Source: Geotalea daltonii FRC-32
Lineage (GTDB): Bacteria > Desulfobacterota > Desulfuromonadia > Geobacterales > Geobacteraceae
Direction: 5' to 3'
Length of the DNA: 32,000 nucleotides
NCBI RefSeq assembly: GCF_000022265.1
Contig: NC_011979.1
Location: forward strand, 2,730,001 to 2,762,000
Part shown: in pieces, positions 8,798 through 16,713 of the stretch
How positions within the stretch are numbered: the stretch's first letter is position 1
How the letters are laid out: each line of letters begins with the position of its first letter
Program-made: the position numbers and the translations under genes
The notes under the pieces: model-generated
What the model saw: only the letters and a program-made list of their open reading frames with translations
Database searches by the model: none
Told to the model about the DNA's origin: nothing

Positions 8798-10144
8798 ATG
8801 GGTATCGTTACACCACTGAAAACAAAAGATAAACCTTCTTACCCGGAGGGTGTTGACGCGCCCCGCTTCTCCTGCGCACCGGGTGGGGTCTATATGGCGA
8901 CTCTTGCCACCTTTGGCGCCGTGCCCATACTGCATTCGGGGGCAGGCTGCGGCATGTTCCGGAACTCAGGACAGAATCTTGCCGGCGGTCTCAAGGGCGC
9001 CGGTCCCAACGGCAATATCAGCACCCCTTGTTCCTGCATGGCGGAGGATCATGCGTTGTCCGGCGGCGAGGAAAAACTGCGTGGTCTGGTCGGAACCACA
9101 ACCGGCCAAGTCTGCGGCGACCTCTATACAGTCATTTCCGGCTGTGTGCCGGCGCTTATCGGCGACGATGCGGGAGTCGCAGTCAGGGAATTCCGTGGTA
9201 CCGCGCAGGTTATTCACGTGAATACCTCCGGCTTTGCCGGCAACTCTTACATGGGATACGAGCAGTATTTGGAAGCGGTGATAGACCAGTTGCTGGCGCC
9301 GCAGCCAGTGGTGAGAAAGCGCGTCAATCTGCTGGGTATCGTCCCGTACCAGCACGTGTTCTGGAAGGGGAACCTGCAGGTAATCAAGGATCTGCTTGGG
9401 CAGATAGGTGTGCAGGCAAACATGATCTTCACTGAAAATGAGGGTCTGGAGGCGTTGAAAAGTATTCCTTCGGCAGAGCTGAACCTGGTCTTTTCCGCTT
9501 GGTCGGGTGTGAGCACAGCCCGAAAGCTGGAAGAAAAATTCGGTACTCACCATGTGGTCATCCCGTCGGTGCCGATTGGGCCGAAAGACACCTCTACCTT
9601 TCTCCGCTTTCTCGCCCGTCGGCTGCAGCTTAGACGCACCAGAGTCGAAAAAGTCATCGCCGCTGAGGAACATCGGGCCTACCGTTTTACCGAAAATATG
9701 GCCGACATCGCCATGATGGCGCTTCCCCATGCCTATACCGCCATTGTCGCCGATACCGGTACCGCCATCGGGCTCACCAGGTACGGGAGCAATGAACTGG
9801 GATGGCTGCCGGAAGTGGTCGTTATAACCGATGATCCTCCGGAAGAGTTCCGCGCCGACATTATTCGTCACCTGACGGAAGGGCTTGAGAGCGCTGTCAA
9901 GCCAGAAGTGCATTTCGAGATCGATCCCCACAAGATCCGCCTGCTTTTGCGGAAACATACCCTGCAGCTTGTCCTGGCCAGCTCACTTGAAAAGCATATT
10001 GCAACCGACGAGCTGAATGCCATGCAGGTGAGCGTTGCTTTTCCCGCCTATGACCGGCTGATCGCCGATCGTTCCTATGCCGGGTATCGGGGAGGGTTGG
10101 CGTTGATGGAAGATGTAGCATACAAATACGGTGGGCCTTTATAG
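8798..10144 (+). CDS. Nitrogenase component-1-family (Oxidored_nitro) protein, NifK/NifN-like, solo copy
   Basis: FSCAPGG...VPILHSGAGCG...SGCVPALIGDD...SYAGYRGGLALMEDV parallels the K-like protein at 19500..20816 (YVCALGA...VPILHAGPGC...SGCTTEIVGDD...SYVGYRGGLKLLEDI). There is no signal peptide. Confidence 0.8.
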   Translation: MGIVTPLKTKDKPSYPEGVDAPRFSCAPGGVYMATLATFGAVPILHSGAGCGMFRNSGQNLAGGLKGAGPNGNISTPCSCMAEDHALSGGEEKLRGLVGTTTGQVCGDLYTVISGCVPALIGDDAGVAVREFRGTAQVIHVNTSGFAGNSYMGYEQYLEAVIDQLLAPQPVVRKRVNLLGIVPYQHVFWKGNLQVIKDLLGQIGVQANMIFTENEGLEALKSIPSAELNLVFSAWSGVSTARKLEEKFGTHHVVIPSVPIGPKDTSTFLRFLARRLQLRRTRVEKVIAAEEHRAYRFTENMADIAMMALPHAYTAIVADTGTAIGLTRYGSNELGWLPEVVVITDDPPEEFRADIIRHLTEGLESAVKPEVHFEIDPHKIRLLLRKHTLQLVLASSLEKHIATDELNAMQVSVAFPAYDRLIADRSYAGYRGGLALMEDVAYKYGGPL

Positions 10145-10155
10145 GAGAACGACGG

Positions 10156-10247
10156 CTTTTGCGCCAGGGCTGCGTAAGTCTGCGGCTTCCCTTGTGCGAC
10201 GTAGCTTCCGCTACGCCTCCGCGGAAATCCTTGACAGCCTTGCCCTG
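10156..10247. repeat. Structured intergenic repeat, copy A (inverted copy at 16574..16664)
   Basis: CTTTTGCGCCAGGGCTGCGTAAGTCTGCGGCTTCCCTTGTGCGACGTAGCTTCCGCTACGCCTCCGCG... aligns with the reverse complement of 16574..16664. The stems differ by compensatory changes. Confidence 0.5.
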
Positions 10248-10314
10248 ACACAAAATCCGGCGTTCTGCAGCATTGGTGGTTATTCCACTAAAAAATTTAA
10301 CCCAGGAGCTTACT

Positions 10315-11199
10315 ATGGGAACAATTACAGATACTTTCAATCAGGAATCACCAGATGCCAAGATCGTCGTCAGGGACATCAACCGGGTCTTTCACCTGAA
10401 ACGGACCAAGACGGAAGGGGCAAGGGAATTCATCGCCCTCAAGGACATCAATCTGGAAGTGCAGAAAGGTGAGTTTCTGGTGCTGGTCGGGCCTTCCGGC
10501 TGCGGTAAGTCGACCCTCTTGGACATCCTCGCCGGGCTTGCCCAGCCCACCTCCGGCGCCGTCTACATCGACGGCAAACAGGTTAGCGGTCCGGCCCTCG
10601 ATCGGGGTATCGTTCTTCAGGGCTATGCATTGTTCCCGTGGCGGACCGTGCGCCAGAACGTGGAGTTCGGCCTGGAGATCAAGAAGGTTGCCAAGGTGGA
10701 GCGCAAGGCGATCAGCGACCATTTCATCAGCCTGGTTGGCCTGGATGGCTTTGCCGATCGCTATCCCCACGAACTGTCTGGCGGCATGAAGCAGCGGGTG
10801 GCCATCGCCAGGGCACTGGCCTATGATCCCGATGTGCTGCTCATGGACGAACCCTTTGCCGCAGTCGATGCCCAAACCCGTGAGAGCCTGCAGGATGAAC
10901 TCCTGCGCATCTGGGAGGAGACGAAAAAAACCATCGTCTTCGTCACCCACAGTATTGAAGAAGCAGCCTTTCTCGGCGACCGGGTGGCCGTTTTGACTGC
11001 CAATCCCGGCACCCTGCGTGAGATCGTCAAGATCGACCTGCCCAGGCCGCGGCACAACAGCGACATTCGCTCTTCCGCCGAGTTCGGGTGGGTCAGGCAC
11101 AAAATCTGGGAGCTGTTGCAGAACCATCAGCCCGAGATCAGAGTCCCTGCCGACAGCCGCCCGGTGGCCGATATCATTTCGCCATCGGCAGCCCTGTAG
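10315..11199 (+). CDS. ABC transporter ATP-binding protein (SsuB/TauB-like)
   Basis: Walker A GPSGCGKST, signature LSGGMKQRVAIARAL, Walker B LLMDEPF. ATG 10315 follows CAGGAG. Confidence 0.9.
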   Translation: MGTITDTFNQESPDAKIVVRDINRVFHLKRTKTEGAREFIALKDINLEVQKGEFLVLVGPSGCGKSTLLDILAGLAQPTSGAVYIDGKQVSGPALDRGIVLQGYALFPWRTVRQNVEFGLEIKKVAKVERKAISDHFISLVGLDGFADRYPHELSGGMKQRVAIARALAYDPDVLLMDEPFAAVDAQTRESLQDELLRIWEETKKTIVFVTHSIEEAAFLGDRVAVLTANPGTLREIVKIDLPRPRHNSDIRSSAEFGWVRHKIWELLQNHQPEIRVPADSRPVADIISPSAAL

Positions 11200-11210
11200 A
11201 ATGCCCTGTG

Positions 11211-12170
11211 ATGTTTAAACAATTCCTTATCCGTTCATCGGGCGTGATCGCGTTTCTCTTGCTCTGGGAGATCGGGCCCCGGCTGGCCTGGGTTGATCCG
11301 AATTTCCTTCCCTCTTTTTCTACGGTCCTGATGGAGATAGGAAAGCTGTTCAACGACGGCACGTTAAAGGTTCATCTGTTGGTGAGCATCTGGCGTGCCA
11401 CCACCGGACTGCTGCTGGCCCTGGCTATGGGTTTGCCTCTCGGCCTCCTGCTGGGTCGACATCGATTGCATCCGGCAGAAGCTATCGAGCCTTTATTACG
11501 GGTCCTGAGCCAGGTAAATCCCTTTACCCTGATGCCGGTCTTTATTCTGTTCTTCGGCATCGGTGAGACGGCCAAGGTTGCGGTTGTCGCCTGGGTCTGC
11601 CTCTGGCCCGTTCTTTTTTACACCATTACCGCCAGCAGGCATGTGGAGGCGATCCAGATAAAGACGGCAGCTTCCATGGGTATTTCCACCGTGGACATGA
11701 TGCTGAAAGTCATTGTTCCCGGAGCGTTGCCCACTATTTTTGTCGGCATCAGGATCGGCGCTTGTCTGACCTTCTATATCCTGGTGGCAGCGGAGATGCT
11801 GGGTGCCGGCGCCGGACTCGGCTGGCTGGTGCACAATTCCGCGATGAATTACCTGATTCCCCGCATCTATGCGGGAGCCACCTTTATCGTCGTGCTGGGT
11901 TTCCTCCTGAACCGCTTCCTCCTTTACCTGGAACGAGCCCTTTTTTCCTGGCAGTCCAATACCCCTTTGCTGTTCGGTTCTGCCGCTCCCCCGGCAGTCT
12001 TGCGCCCAGGAAAGGGTCTGGTAGCTGCCTTTACCGGTGCTCTGGTCCTGATTGCTCTCCTGGGTGGAATTCAAGTGCAGAAAATCAACAGGGAGGCGGC
12101 TACCGTCAGCGACGGACCACATTCCCATCACTCGGAGACGGGGGGGCACAATGGACACAGTGGATTCTGA
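11211..12170 (+). CDS. ABC transporter permease, NitT/TauT type, copy 3, with an extra C-terminal TM and a His-rich tail
   Basis: MFKQFLIRSSGVIAFLLLWEIGPRLAW...FTLMPVFILFFGIGETAKV...AAEMLGAGAGLGWLV. The tail is ...LVLIALLGGIQVQKINREAATVSDGPHSHHSETGGHNGHSGF. Confidence 0.8.
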   Translation: MFKQFLIRSSGVIAFLLLWEIGPRLAWVDPNFLPSFSTVLMEIGKLFNDGTLKVHLLVSIWRATTGLLLALAMGLPLGLLLGRHRLHPAEAIEPLLRVLSQVNPFTLMPVFILFFGIGETAKVAVVAWVCLWPVLFYTITASRHVEAIQIKTAASMGISTVDMMLKVIVPGALPTIFVGIRIGACLTFYILVAAEMLGAGAGLGWLVHNSAMNYLIPRIYAGATFIVVLGFLLNRFLLYLERALFSWQSNTPLLFGSAAPPAVLRPGKGLVAAFTGALVLIALLGGIQVQKINREAATVSDGPHSHHSETGGHNGHSGF

Positions 12171-12981
12171 GAGAGGGCACCAAAGTAGCATATGTCTAAT
12201 GAGAATAACTGTCGCAGCCCTGGCGCTTTTTGCCTGGGAAGTGCTGCCCCGTATGGAAGTGATAGATCCCCAGTTCGTCCCGCCACTGTCCAGTGTGCTG
12301 GTGACCATAAGGGGATTGCTGGAAAACGGGGACCTGTTGACGCACACGCTGGTCAGTCTGCAACGTGCGTTCAGTGGGCTGTTGGCTGCAACCCTGATCG
12401 GACTGCCGCTCGGACTTGTTCTCGGGGGATGGTTTCCTCGCCTGCAGCAGGCTCTTGAACCGTTGATGGAGCTTTTTGCCCAGGCGAACCCGGTCATCCT
12501 GGCCCATATCATCATCTTCTTTCTGGGGATCGGGGAAGTGGCGAAGATCTTCACCATCTGCTGGCTCTGCATCTGGCCCATTACCTTCAGCACCATTGCC
12601 GGCATCCGGGATGTGGATCCACAGCTGATGAAGGCTGCACGCTCCCTGGGACTCGGCCGATGGCAACTTTTTTTGCACGTCGCGCTTCCTGCCTCGGCTC
12701 CCTCCTTCTTTACCGGTTTGAGGCTGGCCGCCGGGTATGCGTTCCTGATGCTTATCGCTTCGGAAATGATGGGTGCAAGTAATGGGTTGGGATGGCTGGT
12801 GATGCAGAGTCAGGAAAATTACCACATACAACGAATTTTTGCCGGTGCAACGATCATAACTGCCCTGGCGGTACTGACTGACCTGCTGCTTAAGGTGCTG
12901 GAAAAAAGAACTTTGGTCTGGACAGATAATGGTAGCGGCTGGCTGAAACCCCAAGGTCCGGGAATTCCCGTAGGGGAGTAA
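12151..12981 (+). CDS. ABC transporter permease, NitT/TauT type, copy 4 (start at 12151 or 12199)
   Basis: ATG 12151 follows GGAGACGGGGGG and overlaps the end of copy 3 by 20 nt. Motifs: ...FAWEVLPRMEV...IIIFFLGIGEVAKI...ARSLGLGRWQLFLHVALPASAPSFFTGLRL...ASEMMGASNGLGWLV. Confidence 0.8.
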   Translation: MDTVDSERGHQSSICLMRITVAALALFAWEVLPRMEVIDPQFVPPLSSVLVTIRGLLENGDLLTHTLVSLQRAFSGLLAATLIGLPLGLVLGGWFPRLQQALEPLMELFAQANPVILAHIIIFFLGIGEVAKIFTICWLCIWPITFSTIAGIRDVDPQLMKAARSLGLGRWQLFLHVALPASAPSFFTGLRLAAGYAFLMLIASEMMGASNGLGWLVMQSQENYHIQRIFAGATIITALAVLTDLLLKVLEKRTLVWTDNGSGWLKPQGPGIPVGE

Positions 12982-13050
12982 AGGTAAGGCAATAAAAATT
13001 GTGATGGCAGCAAAGACAACAAATACCAGTGAACCAGGTGAAGGAGCGCC

Positions 13051-13530
13051 ATGAGCCATCCTTCCTTCCGCCACGCCTCCGCTTTGCTCCTCGTCATCCT
13101 CTATGGATTGGTGGTAATGCTCCCTCTTGCTCCTTTTATCCTGCATTCGCCAGCCCTTGCACATGTCCTGACAGGAGAATGCTCCGGCGACTGCAGGGTC
13201 TGTGGCTGTGAATCGGAACGAAGCGCCAATCGTACCTGTTGCTGTTGGCAAAAGAAAGGCCGGATGGTTCCTCTGGACAACGACTGCCGCATCAAACACG
13301 ATCAGCACGAAAAACCAGTAACACCGGTTCTATCCTGTACATCTCCCTGTGGCAAACTCAAACAGTCAATCATCTTTGGAGGGGAAAAATATGAGCAGCC
13401 TCCCTCTGATTTTGTCCAAAATGCAGTGTTCCGTTGTCTTATGGAACTTGCCTCTCACCCGTGCGGTCATCCGCCTTTACGCTACCTGAATCCTCCTGAC
13501 CCGCCACCAAAACTCCTGCATCTTTCCTGA
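13051..13530 (+). CDS. Cys-rich membrane-anchored hypothetical protein
   Basis: RBS is GAAGGAG. Has an N-terminal TM LLLVILYGLVVMLPLAPFIL followed by GECSGDCRVCGCESERSANRTCCCWQKK. I do not recognise a family. Confidence 0.45.
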   Translation: MSHPSFRHASALLLVILYGLVVMLPLAPFILHSPALAHVLTGECSGDCRVCGCESERSANRTCCCWQKKGRMVPLDNDCRIKHDQHEKPVTPVLSCTSPCGKLKQSIIFGGEKYEQPPSDFVQNAVFRCLMELASHPCGHPPLRYLNPPDPPPKLLHLS

Positions 13531-13711
13531 TTGTCAAAACCGGATCTTCCGCTGTGTGTAGCGATCTGCACATGCCAGGGACTGGAATATCTTGATATTC
13601 CCCCAGGATGCGGAACTGACGAACATGCACTCGACATGGGCGAACGGCCTTTCAGCGTCATCGGCCGTCGGGCCGAAATGTATCCGTTCGTCCGGATTAC
13701 AGGAGATTTAC

Positions 13712-14770
13712 ATGAGAGAAGTGATACTGATAGTTACCCTGCTGATGCTGCTAAGTTGTGGTGGCACAGAAGCGGCTGACTTTTTGGAAAATCCGTCTCA
13801 CCATGCCCATGGGGGCAATGGTACCCGGTTACTCTTCAACCCGGCCTTCGGTGAGGACATCTACCATACCCATTCTGCGGGAAAGTGGATGGTCAACTAC
13901 AAAGACCTGCACACGAACCAGAAAGGACTTGGTGCCGGTTCGTCCTCTGTTGCCGTCGAGCAGGTTATTCCCATGAATTCCCCCTATGGCTACATGATGA
14001 CCCCTACCGAAATGTCCATGGATATGCACATGCTGATGATCATGTACGGAGTCAATGACCGCTTTACATTGATGGGCATGGGGACGTACCAGGACAATCG
14101 CATGGACATGCTCATGGATATGGGGATGGGAATGGGGCAGAAAGTAATGTCCATGAGGACGAGCGGCATCGGCGACACGGAACTGCGCGGCATTTATAAT
14201 GTGGGAGGCGGGATCGCAGCCAGCCTGGGATTAACCATCCCCACCGGGGATATTGATCAGGAATTCCAGACCATGGGCATGAAATTCCGGGCACCTTACG
14301 ACATGCAACTGGGTTCAGGCAGCTTCGATCTTAAACCGGTGCTGGCCTACTCGGCATTGACCGATGACGGGCTGTGGAACTGGGGTGGGCAGGTCTCCTA
14401 TACCTGGCACACCAATGAAAATAATAATGGTTATCGCCTGGGAGACACCTTCAAGGCCACAAGTTGGGTGCAACGGGCACTGGGACCGGTGGCAGGCTGG
14501 ACGCGTCTTGCCTTCAACCATACCGGGCCCATCAAAGGCCGGGATGGCGAGATTGAGAAGCTTCTTGACACTACCATGGGGGCTCCGACTCCGGATGCTG
14601 TTGCTGACAACTATGGCGGGCGGCGATTGGATGGGTTTGTCGGCGTGAGTTACAACCAGGGTCCTTTCAGTGTGGGGGTGGAAGGAGGCCTTCCCCTTTA
14701 CCAGTACGTGAACGGCCTGCAGTTGAAAAATGACTGGTATATTAATGCCGGGATACAATTGACGCTTTAA
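13712..14770 (+). CDS. Outer-membrane beta-barrel protein (transporter / MetA-pathway-like) with a Met-rich insert
   Basis: AGGAG lies 6 nt before ATG 13712. Signal sequence is MREVILIVTLLMLLSCGG. Alternating beta-strand pattern, GIGDTELRG, and a terminal ...NAGIQLTL. The Met-rich block is MMTPTEMSMDMHMLMIMYG...NRMDMLMDMGMGMGQKVMSM. Confidence 0.55.
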   Translation: MREVILIVTLLMLLSCGGTEAADFLENPSHHAHGGNGTRLLFNPAFGEDIYHTHSAGKWMVNYKDLHTNQKGLGAGSSSVAVEQVIPMNSPYGYMMTPTEMSMDMHMLMIMYGVNDRFTLMGMGTYQDNRMDMLMDMGMGMGQKVMSMRTSGIGDTELRGIYNVGGGIAASLGLTIPTGDIDQEFQTMGMKFRAPYDMQLGSGSFDLKPVLAYSALTDDGLWNWGGQVSYTWHTNENNNGYRLGDTFKATSWVQRALGPVAGWTRLAFNHTGPIKGRDGEIEKLLDTTMGAPTPDAVADNYGGRRLDGFVGVSYNQGPFSVGVEGGLPLYQYVNGLQLKNDWYINAGIQLTL

Positions 14771-14784
14771 AGGGGAATAACTTC

Positions 14785-14811
14785 TTGACAGAGTACTGGA
14801 AATGATATACA
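14785..14811 (+). promoter_or_regulatory. Sigma70-like promoter of the second nitrogenase-like operon
   Basis: TTGACA (14785..14790), a 15-nt spacer containing TG, then TATACA (14806..14811). The spacer is short, so the call is tentative. Confidence 0.4.
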
Positions 14812-14814
14812 AAG

Positions 14815-14829
14815 CTACTAAATCTATAG
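14815..14829. promoter_or_regulatory. CTAY-N7-ATAG box (box 2) adjoining the -10
   Basis: CTACTAAATCTATAG followed by ACTAAAAG. Confidence 0.45.
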
Positions 14830-14849
14830 ACTAAAAGCCAACCGGAAAA

Positions 14850-14892
14850 CCGGAGGTTTCCTTGCACTTGCTGCGGAACCTCCGGTTTTTTT
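14850..14892 (+). terminator. Intrinsic terminator in the leader of the second operon (also downstream of the OMP gene)
   Basis: CCGGAGGUUUCC-13 nt loop-GGAACCUCCGG followed by 7 U. Confidence 0.6.
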
Positions 14893-14924
14893 GTTGTCCA
14901 TGCCTTTTTATCAAGGAGGTATTC

Positions 14925-15344
14925 ATGATACGCGTTGCCATCGCATCGTCCGATGGGGAATCAATCAATGAACATTTCGGCAAGGCAAGTCAGTTCATCA
15001 TCTATGAGGTGGAGGATGACGGAAATTACCGGCAGGTCGAGAAACGGGAGGTACTTTCCGGTTGCAGCAATGCCGAGACCAGTGTCCATGGCCCAGGAGG
15101 TACGACTGACCGGCTTGGTGATGTACAGGCGGTTTTTGCCGTCCAGATAGGCCCGGGTGCCGCTGCCGCACTGCAGGAAAAAGGTGTCAGGGCTTTCAAT
15201 CTCAAAGGCTCTGTCCACAAGGCTCTTACTGCCTATGGAAAACGGCGCAAGCTGCTGGATGCAAAGATCGCCGGCTTGACCCAGGGATGCGGATCGGGCG
15301 GCGGTTGCGGGTGCGGTGGCTCCGGCGGCAATTCTTGCCGGTAG
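14925..15344 (+). CDS. NifX/NifB-C-terminal-like (dinitrogenase FeMo-cofactor-binding domain) protein with a Gly/Cys tail
   Basis: AAGGAGG RBS. MIRVAIASSDGESINEHFGKASQFIIYEVEDDG...VQAVFAVQIGPGAAAALQEKGV is typical of the Nitro_FeMo-Co domain. The tail is GCGSGGGCGCGGSGGNSCR. Confidence 0.8.
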   Translation: MIRVAIASSDGESINEHFGKASQFIIYEVEDDGNYRQVEKREVLSGCSNAETSVHGPGGTTDRLGDVQAVFAVQIGPGAAAALQEKGVRAFNLKGSVHKALTAYGKRRKLLDAKIAGLTQGCGSGGGCGCGGSGGNSCR

Positions 15345-15376
15345 CTACCACCAATCGATCACCAGAAGGAGACGAC

Positions 15377-16465
15377 ATGTCCACCGCACCATTTAAAGAA
15401 ACAATGACATCCAGGGAACGGACCATTGCTGCACTTACCGGCCAGCCCTATGACCGGATTCCGGTCAATCTGCTCATCAGCGACCATGCGGCAAGGGTCA
15501 TCGGCGTTACCGTCGGCGAATACAACAACTCCGCCAGCCTCATGGCCCAGGGGCAGGTTGCGGCCTGGCGCCGCTACGGGGCCGATAATGTCAATACCGG
15601 CCCCGGACTTACCGGTATTGCCGAGGCCATCGGCAGCAAACTCGCCTACCCCGACTCAACCCCTTACGTGGCCGACTATGTGGTCAAGGAAGAAGCCGAT
15701 TTCGACCGGCTCAAGGTTCCCGATCCTGAGCGGGACGGCCGGTTACCTCTTTTCCTGGAGGCAGCGACCATCGTTCTCAAGGAAGTTGGGGACCAGGTGC
15801 CGCTTAATATGACCACTTCCGGCCCTTTTACCACCGCCACCAGCATCCGTGGCACGGAGAATTTCCTGCGCGACCTTCACAAGAACCCCCAATTTGCCCA
15901 TCGGCTGCTGCGCCTGTCCACCGACAGCATCATTCGTTTTGCGGTAGCGGCAATCAAGGTGGGGGCTCGCATCGGTCTGGCTGACCCGACAGCTTCAGGG
16001 ACGATGATCAGTCCCCGTCAGTTCCGGGAATTCGCCCAACCCTATCTGCAGGAAGTGGCCACAGCCGTTGCCGCCGTCGCCGGCGCGGCTCCGTCATTGC
16101 ACATCTGCGGCAATACCAGCAAGATCTGGCCGGGAATGACTGCCACCGGCGCCTCGGTGTTGAGCCTTGACGATGCCGTGGACATAGCCGAGGCGAAACT
16201 GCAGGTGGGGAACAAGGTCGCTATCCTGGGCAATATCCGGCCGACTGCCGCCATGTACCTGGGCAAGCCGGGCGATGTGCGGGAAAATGCACGGGAGTGT
16301 CTGACAAAGGGCTGGGACAACCCCAAGGGCTATATACTTGGCCTGGGTTGTGGACTTCCCATCGACACGCCGCCGGAAAATATCCATGCCCTGGTCGGCG
16401 CGGCGCGGGAATATGGCCGCTGGCCCCTTGATCCGGCGCGGTTTTCCTTGGGTAATGCAGCATGA
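15377..16465 (+). CDS. URO-D-family methyltransferase (MtaA/MtbA/CmuA-like, corrinoid-dependent type)
   Basis: AAGGAG RBS. TSRERTIAALTGQPYDRIPV...ADPTASGTMISPRQFREFAQPYL...SLHICGNTSKIW...ILGLGCGLPIDTPPENIHAL. Confidence 0.75.
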   Translation: MSTAPFKETMTSRERTIAALTGQPYDRIPVNLLISDHAARVIGVTVGEYNNSASLMAQGQVAAWRRYGADNVNTGPGLTGIAEAIGSKLAYPDSTPYVADYVVKEEADFDRLKVPDPERDGRLPLFLEAATIVLKEVGDQVPLNMTTSGPFTTATSIRGTENFLRDLHKNPQFAHRLLRLSTDSIIRFAVAAIKVGARIGLADPTASGTMISPRQFREFAQPYLQEVATAVAAVAGAAPSLHICGNTSKIWPGMTATGASVLSLDDAVDIAEAKLQVGNKVAILGNIRPTAAMYLGKPGDVRENARECLTKGWDNPKGYILGLGCGLPIDTPPENIHALVGAAREYGRWPLDPARFSLGNAA

Positions 16466-16505
16466 CATCATGGATATCCGGACCATTTTGCTGGCACCGG
16501 TGTAA

Positions 16506-16686
16506 CTAGTTTCCATCCGGAAACTCCGGATGAGAAACTAGTGGTTTCCGATTCGGAAAGAGGGGATTTTTTGTTCTGGCAAGGAAATCAAGGGCTTGCG
16601 CGGAGACGTACATCGGTACGTCGCACAAGTAAGCCCGCAGATTGACGCCGCCAGGGCAGAAAAGAACCCTTTCCGGATGGAAACTA
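16506..16686. repeat. Element bounded by 17-bp perfect terminal inverted repeats (MITE/REP-like) in the methyltransferase-metY2 spacer
   Basis: TAGTTTCCATCCGGAAA (16506..16522) and TTTCCGGATGGAAACTA (16670..16686). Nested palindromes include TTTCCGATTCGGAAA. Repeat copy B lies inside it. Confidence 0.45.
16574..16664. repeat. Structured intergenic repeat, copy B (inverted relative to 10156..10247)
   Basis: Its reverse complement CTTTTCTGCCCTGGCGGCGTCAATCTGCGGGCTTACTTGTGCGACGTACCGATGTACGTCTCCGCGC... aligns with copy A. Confidence 0.5.
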
Positions 16687-16713
16687 ACTAACCAGAATAA
16701 GGAGTAACAGCCC

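Noticed and set aside
6931-13308. Long minus-strand ORFs (6931..7836, 7846..8772, 8966..9958, 10348..11127, 11496..12605, 12196..13308)
   Set aside because: All are antisense to clearly recognisable permease, ATPase and nitrogenase-like genes. They are Arg/Pro/Gly-rich with no family resemblance.
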